From the NCBI GenBank assembly GCA_039187775.1, contig JBCCZL010000001.1, positions 1-62,496 on the forward strand: DNA of 62,496 nt, given 5' to 3'. The translations under genes and the position numbers were made by a program. The notes below the pieces were generated by a model. The model saw nothing but the letters and a program-made list of their open reading frames with translations, searched no databases and was not told where the DNA came from. Positions 36,297-46,800 of this stretch are shown here, piece after piece (positions within the stretch are counted from its first letter, which is position 1; each line of letters begins with the position of its first letter). The stretch is from Myxococcota bacterium. Lineage in GTDB: Bacteria > Myxococcota_A > Polyangia > Polyangiales > JBCCZL01.

Positions 36297-37436
36297 ATGG
36301 GAGTGCGATTCCTGTTCGTAGGTGCCCTTACGTCCGCTGCGCTGGTCGTCGTGGGATGTGACAAAGACCTGCCCGTCGAAGCGACGTGTACGCGCATCGA
36401 CGCCGCTGGTGCGGTGGTCCATGTGACTTCCGAGCCGGGAGCCACGATCACTATTGACCGTGCCACGGCGACAGCAACCGAGGATGGCACGGCGGAGCTC
36501 GTGGTCGCCTTGGACGAGTTCAGCTACCAAGACATGCGCAGCGCTACTATCGAGGCCTCCGCAGAGGGTCTGTTGGGCGCCCGGTACGGGCAGGTCCAGC
36601 TTCAACTCCCGATGACACCGAATGAGGCGAAGGACATCCCTGCCGTGGGCGAGGCCCTCTTCCTACGACTGTCCGGAGGAGCGCCCGCTGAGGGGAGGCT
36701 CGGCCCGATACTGCATGGCGTGATTGCCTCGGAGCGCGTGCGCGCCGGCGACGGGACTGTGAGGATCGGTGGCTCCGATACGTTCGTCTTCTCAGTCCGG
36801 TCTCGCCCCAACGCCAGCGTTGAGGTAGACGGCCACACAGTCGAGACGGACTCCGGCGGCACGGGTCGGGTGGAGATACCGTCCATTGAGCTACTACGCC
36901 GACTGCCAAGCGCCGCCCTTACGTCAAACGAACCGACGGTCACACTTCTGGTCAGTGCAGAGCTCGACGAAGAGCGGTTCGATGAGGCTGTCGCGTTCCA
37001 GCTCTTCGGGGTCAACCGTGCGCTCGACGTCTTAGCGTCAGACGGCTCGCTCGTGCGGGGGCCAGGACGAAGTCCGGCATTGTCGCTGCTGTATGTGGGC
37101 GAGGACGGTCCTTGGTGGCTCGGACAACCGGGTCGTCTCGGTGACGCTGACATCGTCGCAGTCGGTCACCCCCAACCTGGCCGCGCCGGCCCGCCGTGCA
37201 CCGGCTATGGCGCGTCGGTCGTTCATGGAGGCAGCGATGTCATCGAGCGCGCATTTGTCGACGTCGAGATCTCAGTCGTCGCCGCGAACGGCACGGATCT
37301 GCGGCACCTGATCGTCCAAGGTGGCGGCGATGGGTGTCCGCGCAGCGTCAGGAGTCGGAGCACCATCCTGGATGGCCCCGGGCGGCCGCGGATTCTGTCC
37401 GCGTTGCGGCCACTTCTGTCCGACGCGCCGGACTGA
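36297..37436 (+). CDS. hypothetical lipoprotein
   Basis: MGVRFLFVGALTSAALVVVGC lipobox. Trimmed from the track start at 36240. Confidence 0.65.
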   Translation: MGVRFLFVGALTSAALVVVGCDKDLPVEATCTRIDAAGAVVHVTSEPGATITIDRATATATEDGTAELVVALDEFSYQDMRSATIEASAEGLLGARYGQVQLQLPMTPNEAKDIPAVGEALFLRLSGGAPAEGRLGPILHGVIASERVRAGDGTVRIGGSDTFVFSVRSRPNASVEVDGHTVETDSGGTGRVEIPSIELLRRLPSAALTSNEPTVTLLVSAELDEERFDEAVAFQLFGVNRALDVLASDGSLVRGPGRSPALSLLYVGEDGPWWLGQPGRLGDADIVAVGHPQPGRAGPPCTGYGASVVHGGSDVIERAFVDVEISVVAANGTDLRHLIVQGGGDGCPRSVRSRSTILDGPGRPRILSALRPLLSDAPD

Positions 37437-37854
37437 CGTCATCGTCGTCGTGCACTCGCGCCGCTGCCGATGGCGACGCGCGTCCATCCCCGTGCCGAGC
37501 CTCCAACTCCAGCCCCGCAGCGTATTCACGTTCACTCCGTTCTCCGGCCCGAACTCCGGCGCCGTCGCTCTCCTTCTAGCGCACCCGCTTCGCCCACACC
37601 GTGCAGCTGCTCTCGCGCCATGCCGCTGCTCCGTCTCGCGAAGCATTCGTCTCGCGTCGGGCGCTGGTCGTCTGCGACGGGGTTCGTCGAACGCTTTTCT
37701 CGTGACCGCCGCGTCCACCAACGGCGAAGTGCTCCGACGACGGCAGAGTTGGAGGATCGTGCAAGCAGTCCGGAGAGTTGGGATATCGCTGCTGCTCGCC
37801 AACCTCGATGCTGGCTGAGCGAGTCGACTCGGTCGCTCGGTGAAAGGATCAGCA

Positions 37855-38565
37855 ATGGACAAGGTCGTCTTGGTCACAGGAGCAAGCAGTGGGATCGGAG
37901 AGGGGATAGCGCGCGAGCTTGCGAGGACTCGTGCGAAGGTGATGCTCGGGGCACGGCGGGAAGACCGACTGGGGCGCCTTGCATCCGAGCTGGGGAACAA
38001 CGTGACTTGGCGGCGGCTCGACGTGACTCAGCGAGAGAGCGTTGATGCCTTCGTCGAAGCCGCCCGACAGAACTATGGAAGAGTCGATGCGATCGTGAAC
38101 AACGCCGGCGTGATGCCGCTGTCGCTAATGAGCTCCATCAAGGTGGACGAATGGGAGCGAATGGTCGATGTGAACATCAAAGGAGTGCTCTACGGGGTCG
38201 CTGCCGTTCTTCCCGACATGCTTCGGCGCGGCTCTGGCCATATCGTCAACATCGCATCCATCGGCGCCTTGTCGGTCGCTCCTACCGCCACGGTCTACTG
38301 CGCGACGAAGTACGCTGTCCGAGCTATCTCGGACGGTCTGCGTCAGGAGAACCCAAGGCTTCGCGTTACCTGCGTACACCCTGGGGTCGTCGAGAGCGAA
38401 CTTGCATCGACGATCACCGATCCAGTGGCGGCTGAAGCAATGAAGACGTATCGGTCGATTGCGCTCAAGCCGGATGCGATCGGTAGGGCCGTCCGCTACG
38501 CACTGGAGCAGCCGTTGGACGTGGACGTGAACGAAATCGTCATCCGGCCTACCGCTGCCCCATGA
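37855..38565 (+). CDS. short-chain dehydrogenase/reductase (SDR)
   Basis: TGASSGIG, NNAG and YCATK motifs. Start at ATG 37855 (MDKVVLVTG). Confidence 0.9.
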   Translation: MDKVVLVTGASSGIGEGIARELARTRAKVMLGARREDRLGRLASELGNNVTWRRLDVTQRESVDAFVEAARQNYGRVDAIVNNAGVMPLSLMSSIKVDEWERMVDVNIKGVLYGVAAVLPDMLRRGSGHIVNIASIGALSVAPTATVYCATKYAVRAISDGLRQENPRLRVTCVHPGVVESELASTITDPVAAEAMKTYRSIALKPDAIGRAVRYALEQPLDVDVNEIVIRPTAAP

Positions 38566-39524
38566 GTTCGTTCCGCTCAGACGCCGCGGAACTCGTGGGG
38601 GTTGTGGCCCGTCACACAAACCTCGGCGATGGGCGGCACTCCACCGCTGTCGAGGGATTGGTGCTCCATCGTTCGTCCGTGACGACGACACCCACGCCGG
38701 CGGTCTACCCTCCATCCCTTTGTGTGATCGCCAGCGGGGCGAAGGACGTCTTGGTCGGCGACGCGATCTTGTCCTACGACACCGCGAGCTACCTCGTCTC
38801 GTCCGTCAACGTGCCGGCACGTGGCGCCGTCACCCTCGCCAGTCCGGGCGCACCGTACCTGTGTGTTCAAGTGGAGCTCGACATGGGCTTGGTTGCGACA
38901 ACGATGATTGAACTCGGGTTAGGCCCGACCGATGAGCCAGCTGCGGCGCTCCGAACGTACGAGACGTGCGAACAGCTCCTAGACGTAGTCGTGCGCTTGG
39001 TTCGCCTACTGGATTCCCAGCAGGATGCGTGGTTTCTTGCCTCGCTCTACCGACGCGAGCTGGTGTACCGGCTGCTTACGGGCGCCGCGTCTTCGACGCT
39101 ATGTGGCTTCGCCGCGCCGCGTGGCCAGACTGTCGGTCTGCTCAATGCTCTGAGATGGCTCCGAACCAACTTCACGGAACCGGTCAGCGTAGAAAGTCTC
39201 GCTGAACGTGCGGGCATGAGCCCGTCCTCGTTCTTCGCCCACTTCAAGCGCATGACGCACACGACACCGATCCAATACCGTACTCAGCTTCGCCTCATCG
39301 AGGCTCGACGGCTGATGGTCGCGCATGGACTCGATGCGGCAGAGGCTGGTTTCCGGGTCGGGTATGGGAGCCCCTCCCAGTTCAGCCGCCTCTATCAACG
39401 GCAGTTCGACGCGGCGCCGGCCGCGGATGCAGCCCGGATTCGGGCCGGGCAAGTCCAGCCAGCCGCCAAGTTCCCTACACCGACCACCGGCGAGCGCAGC
39501 GACGAGCAGGGGCGTGTCCACTGA
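38562..39524 (+). CDS. AraC-family transcriptional regulator (with an AraC N-terminal-type sensor domain)
   Basis: ATGA overlap with the SDR stop. C-terminal VSVESLAERAGMSPSSFFAHFKRMTHTTPIQYRTQLRLIEARRLM. Confidence 0.9.
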   Translation: MSSFRSDAAELVGVVARHTNLGDGRHSTAVEGLVLHRSSVTTTPTPAVYPPSLCVIASGAKDVLVGDAILSYDTASYLVSSVNVPARGAVTLASPGAPYLCVQVELDMGLVATTMIELGLGPTDEPAAALRTYETCEQLLDVVVRLVRLLDSQQDAWFLASLYRRELVYRLLTGAASSTLCGFAAPRGQTVGLLNALRWLRTNFTEPVSVESLAERAGMSPSSFFAHFKRMTHTTPIQYRTQLRLIEARRLMVAHGLDAAEAGFRVGYGSPSQFSRLYQRQFDAAPAADAARIRAGQVQPAAKFPTPTTGERSDEQGRVH

Positions 39525-39601
39525 CGATGCACGGCTGTATCCTGACTCGGCGCGAACACGGCCGCCGTCGCATCCGCACAGCCGGCCGCCCTCCTTCGTG
39601 A

Positions 39602-40123
39602 ATGGCCCCTCCCCGGAGCCGTTCCTTGGTACCATTCGCTCCGGACGGATATCCGATGGCCCCTCCGCACGAGTGCCAGCCGACGAAGATCTTATCCGGA
39701 CGTGTGGTGTTCGCCGTCACCGCTGACGTAGGCATCACCATACTCGACGTCCAACAATGGACACTCGAGACCGCAGAAGCGCTCTTTCGAGAGTCCGCGA
39801 CGCTCGCGCGCCCCCCGCGGCACTCGCTCGTTTCTTTCCTCGGAGCCGAACCGACCGCGATGGTTCGAAAGCGTCTCGTCGAGCTTCAAGAAGACGTCAT
39901 CGAGGCGTTTCCGAGGTTGCGGTCTGGTCGAACGGTCGTCCTCACCAACTCTGCGATTACACGCGGCGCCGTTACGGCGTGGAGGTGGATATCGAACTCC
40001 AACACGGTGGCCTACGCGCAGGAGCGCGTCGAGGACGCCGCTGCATGGATCGTGGACGATAGCTCGGACGCCGCGAGTGTAGTGGGTACGTACCGGGCTG
40101 CTGTGGCGCTCTCCAGGCGGTAG
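39602..40123 (+). CDS. hypothetical protein
   Basis: 173-codon ORF with acceptable composition from about MAPPHEC onward. No motif recognised. Confidence 0.35.
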   Translation: MAPPRSRSLVPFAPDGYPMAPPHECQPTKILSGRVVFAVTADVGITILDVQQWTLETAEALFRESATLARPPRHSLVSFLGAEPTAMVRKRLVELQEDVIEAFPRLRSGRTVVLTNSAITRGAVTAWRWISNSNTVAYAQERVEDAAAWIVDDSSDAASVVGTYRAAVALSRR

Positions 40124-40377
40124 TGGTGCGGCGCGGCTCGCTCCGCAGCGCCCTCGGCTACGGCGTCCGGCTGGCTGACGCGCTCCTCGCCTTCCTCGAC
40201 GACGGCGGGTTGCGCCTCGACAACAACGTCTCGGAGGCAGAGCAACGTCGAGCGGCAGTACGTCCGTGGTTTCTTTCGTCTGGTTCGCTCCTGGAGACTC
40301 GACCACTACCATTCCGGAGCGCTCAAGACGCCGCCGGTCTAGCGATCGCCAGAACTGGCCGTTCTCGTCACATGTGA
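40123..40377 (+). mobile_element. relic of an IS66-family transposase C-terminus (pseudogene)
   Basis: LADALLAFLDDGGLRLDNNVSE...WFLSSGS parallels the conserved IS66 block L..YLDDGRLEIDNN.aER.lR..a.GRKNWLFaGS, but is degenerate after DNNVSE. No catalytic DDE region or inverted repeats are present. Confidence 0.5.
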
Positions 40378-40837
40378 AGCCGAGCGCCGGACAGTCAGTA
40401 CCCCATGGAATTCGCTGCCGACGCAGCCTTCGTCGATTCCGTCCGTACAGCTCTGTCCGCCCTCGGGGCGCTCGTTGGCGCATGCACCCCTAACGCTGCA
40501 GCCCGCGAAGCTGACCAGGACCAAGATAAGCTCCTAGTGTCGGACGCCAACGCCACACTCGCCCTAACTATGTACCGCAGCATCGCGCTCGCGGGTCGCG
40601 CAACCGGCCGGAGCGGCTAGGACTTCCAAACGGGGTTCGGAAGGTAGGAGGCGGGTGTGGAGAACCCTCGCGGGCGGTGCGGCGCACCGGTTGTGACCGG
40701 GGAGAGCCTGGCCGAGAGGGGTGCGAGTGCGGACTGCGAGGCCGGACGTCCGTGCTGGAGAGACGCTTTTCGTTGTGTTGCATCTCGCCCGAAGACCGGT
40801 CGACTGGCGACTCAGCCGACCGCAAACGATCGAAGGG

Positions 40838-43800
40838 CTACTCGTAGTAGCAGCAGCGGAAGCCGACATTGGGGAACGAGAAGCTGTTGTCGGCCACGGT
40901 GAAATCGAAGGCGCAGGTGCGCCCGGCTTCGATGTTGGTGAACCCGCCGCCGCGAATCTCGTGGCGGCCGGCCCCCGCGAGGGTATCGGTCCATTCACGA
41001 ACGTTGCCACTCATGTCGTAGATCGATCCGGTGGTCCACACCTGGCGACACATCGGGAAGCTTGGCGAGCCGGTGGGAAAGAGGCAGTCCTGGTCGCCGC
41101 TGGCCGCGGAGCAGTCAAACTCGTCGCCGTTGCAGGTGGTGACCTGGCTGGTGTTGCACATGTTCTGATAACCCCACATGCACATGTCGGCGGTGTTGCC
41201 GCAGGCCCGCGTCCACTCGGCGGAGTCGCAGAGCCGCCACTCGGCGCTCCCTCCGCTGCACGTGCCTGAACTATTCAGGGCACAGCACGCGTTATTGGCT
41301 TCGTTCCAAGTGACGTCGGTCCAGGGCAGTCGGTTGGCGTTCGAGCACGCCAGCGTATTGGCCAGGCCTTGCTCGCTCGCGGTGGCGTCGGGGCGCGAGG
41401 CCTCGTAGGCCATCACTCGGACGAAGCCTCCACTCGGCCGCGGAATGCGAACCGCGTTGATGTCACCCGTCACGATGTCGCCGACGCCGTTATCCACGAC
41501 GCCGTCACAGTCGTTGTCGAGATTGTCGCAGAGCTCCCCAGAAGGCATGCCCGCGGGCGCGGCGTTGCAGACGATCGAAAGCGGGTCCCCAGGGTTGCAG
41601 ATGAACAGGCCCACCGTCTGGCAGAGGCCGAGGCCATTGGTGCAGGTGCTTCCGAGCTGCGGAAAGAACGGCTCGTCGGTCTGCCCGTCGCAGTCGTTGT
41701 CGAGCGTGTCGCAGCGCGTCTCGGAGACCTCAAAGGTCGCCGGGTAGTTGCACTGCCAACCGGCGGCGCCGCCGCACACCGGAGAGGTCCCCATGCAAAC
41801 CCCGTTCGGATTGCAGAAGTTGGTCGGCGGGGTGAGCCCCTCGTCGACGATCATGTCGCAGTCGTCGTCAATGCCGTTGCATGCCTCGGCGCCGTTGATG
41901 CTGCACGCGTACTCGCAGCCGTCGGTCGGGGTCATCGAGGCGTCGCCGTTGATGTCCCAAAACCCGGTGAGGCACGCGACGAAGTTGCACGAGCCGCCGC
42001 TACAGTTGGCCGCCGCGTTGGGAATGGAACAGGGCGTCCCGCACCCGCCGCAGTTATTGAGGTCGGTCAGGAGGTTGAAGTCCTCGTCGGTCATGCCATC
42101 GCAGTCGTTGTCGATGGTGTCGCAGCTTTCGAGGCTTCCCGTGGTCTCGCCCTGACACTGAAGCACTCCGGCGGTGCACGTTTGCGTTCCCGCCATGCAC
42201 GCCCCCACCGCGGAGCCGCAGGATGCGCCGCCCCCCGGGTTGCCTTCGTCCACGGTGGCATCGCAGTCGTCGTCGACGCCGTTGCAGGTTTCGGCGCCGC
42301 CCATGAACGCACCGCTGCAGCGCAGCACGCCGCCGCTGCAGATCCGGGTGCCGGGCGTGCACGCGCCTTCGTCGGTGCCGCAGCTCGTCCCGATCGCCGG
42401 ATCGGTCTCGTCGGTCATGCCGTCGCAGTCGTTGTCGGCCCCGTCGCAGGTCTCATCGGTTGCGCCGACCGCGCCCTCGCACACCAGAACGCCGCCCCGA
42501 CATCGGTTCGTGCCCGGCGAGCACGCGCCGACCGCCGCGGGTCCGCACGAGCCACCGCCGCCCGGGTCCCCTTCGTCGATCATCCCGTCGCAGTCGTTGT
42601 TGAGGCCATCGCACACCTCGGGCTGCGCCACTACTTCGCCCACGCAGTCGAGGGCGCCATTGACGCAGGTTTGCCGCCCCTGTTCGCAGGTGCCGACGCT
42701 GCTTCCGCAGAGCGCCCCGCCGTCGGGGTTGCCTTCATCGGTCATCCCGTCGCAGTCGTTATCGACATTGTCGCAAGACTCGGTGACTGGCGCGGTTTCG
42801 CCACTGCATACGAGCGTGCCGTTCATGCAGAGCTCAGTGCCGCGAACGCACGCCCCGACATTCGAGCCGCAGTTTCCGCCGCCCTCGGGGTTTCCTTCGT
42901 CCACTGTCCCGTCGCAGTCGTCGTCGAGCCCATTGCACGCCTCGACCGCCGGGCTCGCCGGGGTGCAGGCGTATTCGCAGCCGTTCCCCGAGTTGCCGTC
43001 GATGTCGAAGAAGTTGGGATCGCAGCTATCGATCTCACACGTCATCATGCTGCAGCTGCTCGTCGCTCGCGCGAAGCGGCAGAGCCGACCGCACGCCCCG
43101 CAGTTCGTGGGATCGGTGTCGAAGGCGACGTCTTCGTCCACCAGGCCGTCGCAGTCGTTGTCCCGGAGGTCGCAGACCGTGTCGTCGGCTTCCGTGCCGG
43201 AGCAGCGGTACTCGCAGCCGTCGCTGATATCGTTGTTGAGGTCGTACCAGGAGACGTCGCAGGCGCCGAGCTCACAGTTCCCGGCGACGCACTCCCCGAA
43301 GGCATGAATCGGCGCGCAGCGGAGGCCGCAGCCGCCGCAGTTGTCGACGTCGGTCATCGTGTCGACGCCCTCATCGACGACACCGTCGCAGTCGTCGTCG
43401 AACATGTTGCAGAGCTCGGGCGCTCCGGGCATGCACCCGTCGGGAAGCTCGGCGTCGGCGTCCACCTCTGCGTCGAGCGTGGCATCGGGTCGACTGATCC
43501 CCCCGTCTCCGCCGTCGCTGCCTCCGTCCGCGGTGCTCTTGATGCAGTCGATGCAGTACGGATCGACATCGCAGCCGGCAGCGCCGACCAGAAGCACGAG
43601 CCCTCCGAACAAGAGCGCCTTTTTGAGAAGCGCCGAAGCTCGCCGGCGCGGCACGAAATAGAGGAACAGCATCGCGGCCATCAGCCACCAGGTCGGCCCC
43701 TGCGGTTCATCGTTCCCCGGCGAACCGTCCGCGGTGGAGCAGGTGCAGCCGCCACCGCCCGTCGCAAGGACACGGGTGCCTTCGGCCTCTTCCATGCCCG

Positions 43801-46800
43801 CATCGCCGCCGTCCATTCCCGCATCGCCCGGGGCGACCGTTTCGTTCGTGCACTCTCCGTTTCGGCAGATCTCCCCTTCGGGGCAGCGGAGCGTGTTGCA
43901 GGGATCCGACTCGCACTCGCCGGTCATCAGGTCGCAGACCGTGCGGTCGGGACAGGTCACGTCGGCGCAGGCGCTCGAGCAGCTTCCATCCGCCGGATTG
44001 CACACTTCGCCGACCATGCAACCGGTGTTGGCGCAGAGATCCGTGACGCAGCTCCCGCTCTGGCAGCGTTGCCCAGGACCGCAGCTCACGCCCGCGCAGC
44101 TCTCTTCGCACGCGCCATCTCGGCACGCCTGGCTGTCCATGCAGGTCACCGCCGCGCAGGCATCCTCCACGCACTCGCCGGTGTTCCCGTCGCACACGAG
44201 GCCCGCCGGACATCCGAGGCCTCGGCAGCTGTCTTCGACGCAGCGGCCGGCGGGGTCGAGGGGGTTGCAGACCGTGCCGTCGGTGCAGACGACCCCATCG
44301 CAGGAGAAGGTGCACTCGTTGTTCTTGCACACGCAGTTGGTGACGTCGGTGGCGTCGGGTCCGCAGAGCGTTTCCCCGTCGCGCTCCACCGTCTCCATGC
44401 CGCAGCTCTCGGCGCTGCACTGCTCGGCGACGCAGAAGCATTCGCCGTTGGTTTCAAACGGCGTCTTGCCGCTCGGACAGCTCACTCCGAACTCGCTCCG
44501 GCGGCAGGGGAGCGCGCACTGGCAGTCGACGCAGGTTGCGCCTTCGGGACAGAGGGTGCCGGTCATCGGCGTTTCGTCAGTCGTGCCGTCGCAGTCGTTG
44601 TCCTGGCAGTCGCAGGCCTCGCGCATCGGGGGAACTTCGCCGATGCAGACTTCGCGGCCGTCGACGCACTGCTGGGTCCCCGGCATGCAGAGCCCTTCCG
44701 AGGAGCCGCAGGCCACTCCGGCAGGAAGCCCTTCGTCGACCATCGCGTCGCAGTCGTTGTCGAGCGCATCGCAGACTTCGGCCACCGGCCCGATCTGGCC
44801 CTCGCACTGAAGCATGCCGTCGCGGCAGATGTTCACCCCAGGCGAGCATTCTCCCACATCGCTCCCGCACGGGGCGCCGACCGGCAGGCCTTCATCGGCG
44901 ACGCCGTTGCAGTTGTTGTCGAGCCCGTCGCAGATCTCTGGGGTCGGTCCGACCGCCCCCATGCATTCGAGCATGCCCGTCGCAGCGTTGCAGAACGTGG
45001 TACCCGGTCGGCACTCCCCGGTGTCGTCGCCGCAGGCGGCGCCGCCTTCCGGGTTGCCCTCGTCGATCATCCCGTTGCAGTTGTTGTCGATGCCGTCGCA
45101 GATCTCGGGACTCGGGCCGGTCTCGCCGATGCACTGAAGCATGCCCATCACGCACGCCAGGGCGCCGAACTCGCAGGCCCCCACATCACTCATCCCACAC
45201 GCGCCGCCGCCGCCGGGGTTGCCCTCGTCGACCAGGCCGTCGCAGTCGTTGTCGAGGAGGTCGCACACTTCGGCGCCCGGCCCCACGCCGCCCGCGCAGG
45301 TGAGCATGCCGCCGACGCACTGCGAGGTGCCGAGTTCGCACACGCCCGTGGCGGTACCGCAGGGGTTTCCTCCGCCGGGGTTGCCGTTGTCGTTGGTGCC
45401 GTCGCAGTCGTTGTCGAGGCCGTCGCAGACCTCCGCGGTGGGTCCGCGATCCCCAACGCAGGTGGGGGTCCCGCCGACGCAAACCAGGGTGCCGAGGCTA
45501 CATTCGCCGGTCGACGAGGCGCCGCAGGCCCCAAGCGGAGGAATACCGTCGTCGACGACGCCGTTGCAGTCGTCGTCGAGGCCGTTGCAGAGCTCCATCC
45601 CCGGGCTCACTCCCCCGGTGCAGGCGAGCATGCCTCCCACGCAGGCCCGGGTGCCCGGCGTGCACACGCCGATGTTGCTTCCGCACATCGCGCCGCCGCC
45701 CGGATTGCCGTTGTCCACGGTGCCGTTGCAGTCGTTGTCGATGCCGTCGCAGATCTCCGCGCTCGGCTCGATGTTGCCGACGCAGGCGCCAAACGTCCCG
45801 CCGGTGCAGAGCTGCGAGCCAAACTGGCACTTGCCGACGTCCGAGGTGCCGCACTGGCGGGTGAAGCCATCGATCACCCCGTCGCAGTCATTGTCGAGCC
45901 CGTCACAGATCTCCGCGTTCGGACCGACCGCACTGCAGCCGACCCACGCTCCTGCGCTGCAGCTTTCGGTGCCCGCGGTGCACTCGCCGATGTTTGTGCC
46001 GCAGGCGCGGGTGAGGGCCTCGTCGGTCAGCCCGTCGCAGTCGTCGTCGACGTTGTTGCAGGTCTCGGCGGTGCCGGGGCAGCCGCTGCAGCCCTCGTCG
46101 ATGACCCCATCGCAGTCGTCGTCGAGGAGGTTTCCGCAGACTTCCGTCGGGACTGGGCCGCAGGTTCCACAGGCGTTGAGCACGCCTTCGTCGATGCGAC
46201 CGTCGCAGTTGTCGTCGACGCCGTCACAGTTGGTTTCTCCCGGGTCCACGCACAGCGTCGGCGTGAGCTGTCCCGCGGGCACGTTGCAAAAGAGCGGGAA
46301 TCCTTCGTCGGTGAGGCCGTCGCAGTCTTCATCGGTCCCGTCGCAGGTTTCGCTGATGAACGAGTCGGCGACGATCGCCGAAAGTCCCGCACTGAGCGTC
46401 GTGGGGTCGTTGGCGAAGAACGCTTCGCCCCCGGCCAGCCCGGGGGTGGCATCGGTTCCCCCCGCGGCCGCGATCGCGTTGAGCTGCGTCGCCGCGCCGC
46501 CAGTGATCGCGAGTCCCACGACGTAGGTTCGAATGCCGCTGGTGTTCAGGGCCGTGGCGGCGGCCACGGGATCGTTCGGCGCGCATCCGGTGCTCTGTGC
46601 GCCGTCGGTGATCAGAATGATCGAGTACGGGCGGTTGCAGCTCGCGAAGAGCGGGTCGCTGCCCTGCGCGGTGGTCATGTAGGTGCCGACGCTGTTGAGC
46701 GTTCCAGCGAGCGGCGTTGGGCCTTCGGGGCGGAGCTCGCAGTCGCCCGCTCCGGCGTGGCTGCACCAGTTGCCCGCAGTGGTTGCCGTGAGGAGCGGAT

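Noticed and set aside
37272-38000. A 242-codon minus-strand ORF, plus the plus-strand ORFs at 37321..37818 and 37470..38045
   Set aside because: Their composition is Arg/Ser/Pro-rich. Part of the minus-strand ORF is antisense to the SDR N-terminus. I treat 37437-37854 as non-coding or decayed, and I cannot assign a function to this 418-nt gap.
40339-40620. Short ORFs on both strands (for example MVLVSFAGCSVRGACANERPEGGQSCTDGIDEGC with a lipobox-like start)
   Set aside because: The putative signal peptide has no basic n-region and is too short. The ORFs overlap each other and lie next to an IS relic. They are probably decayed sequence.
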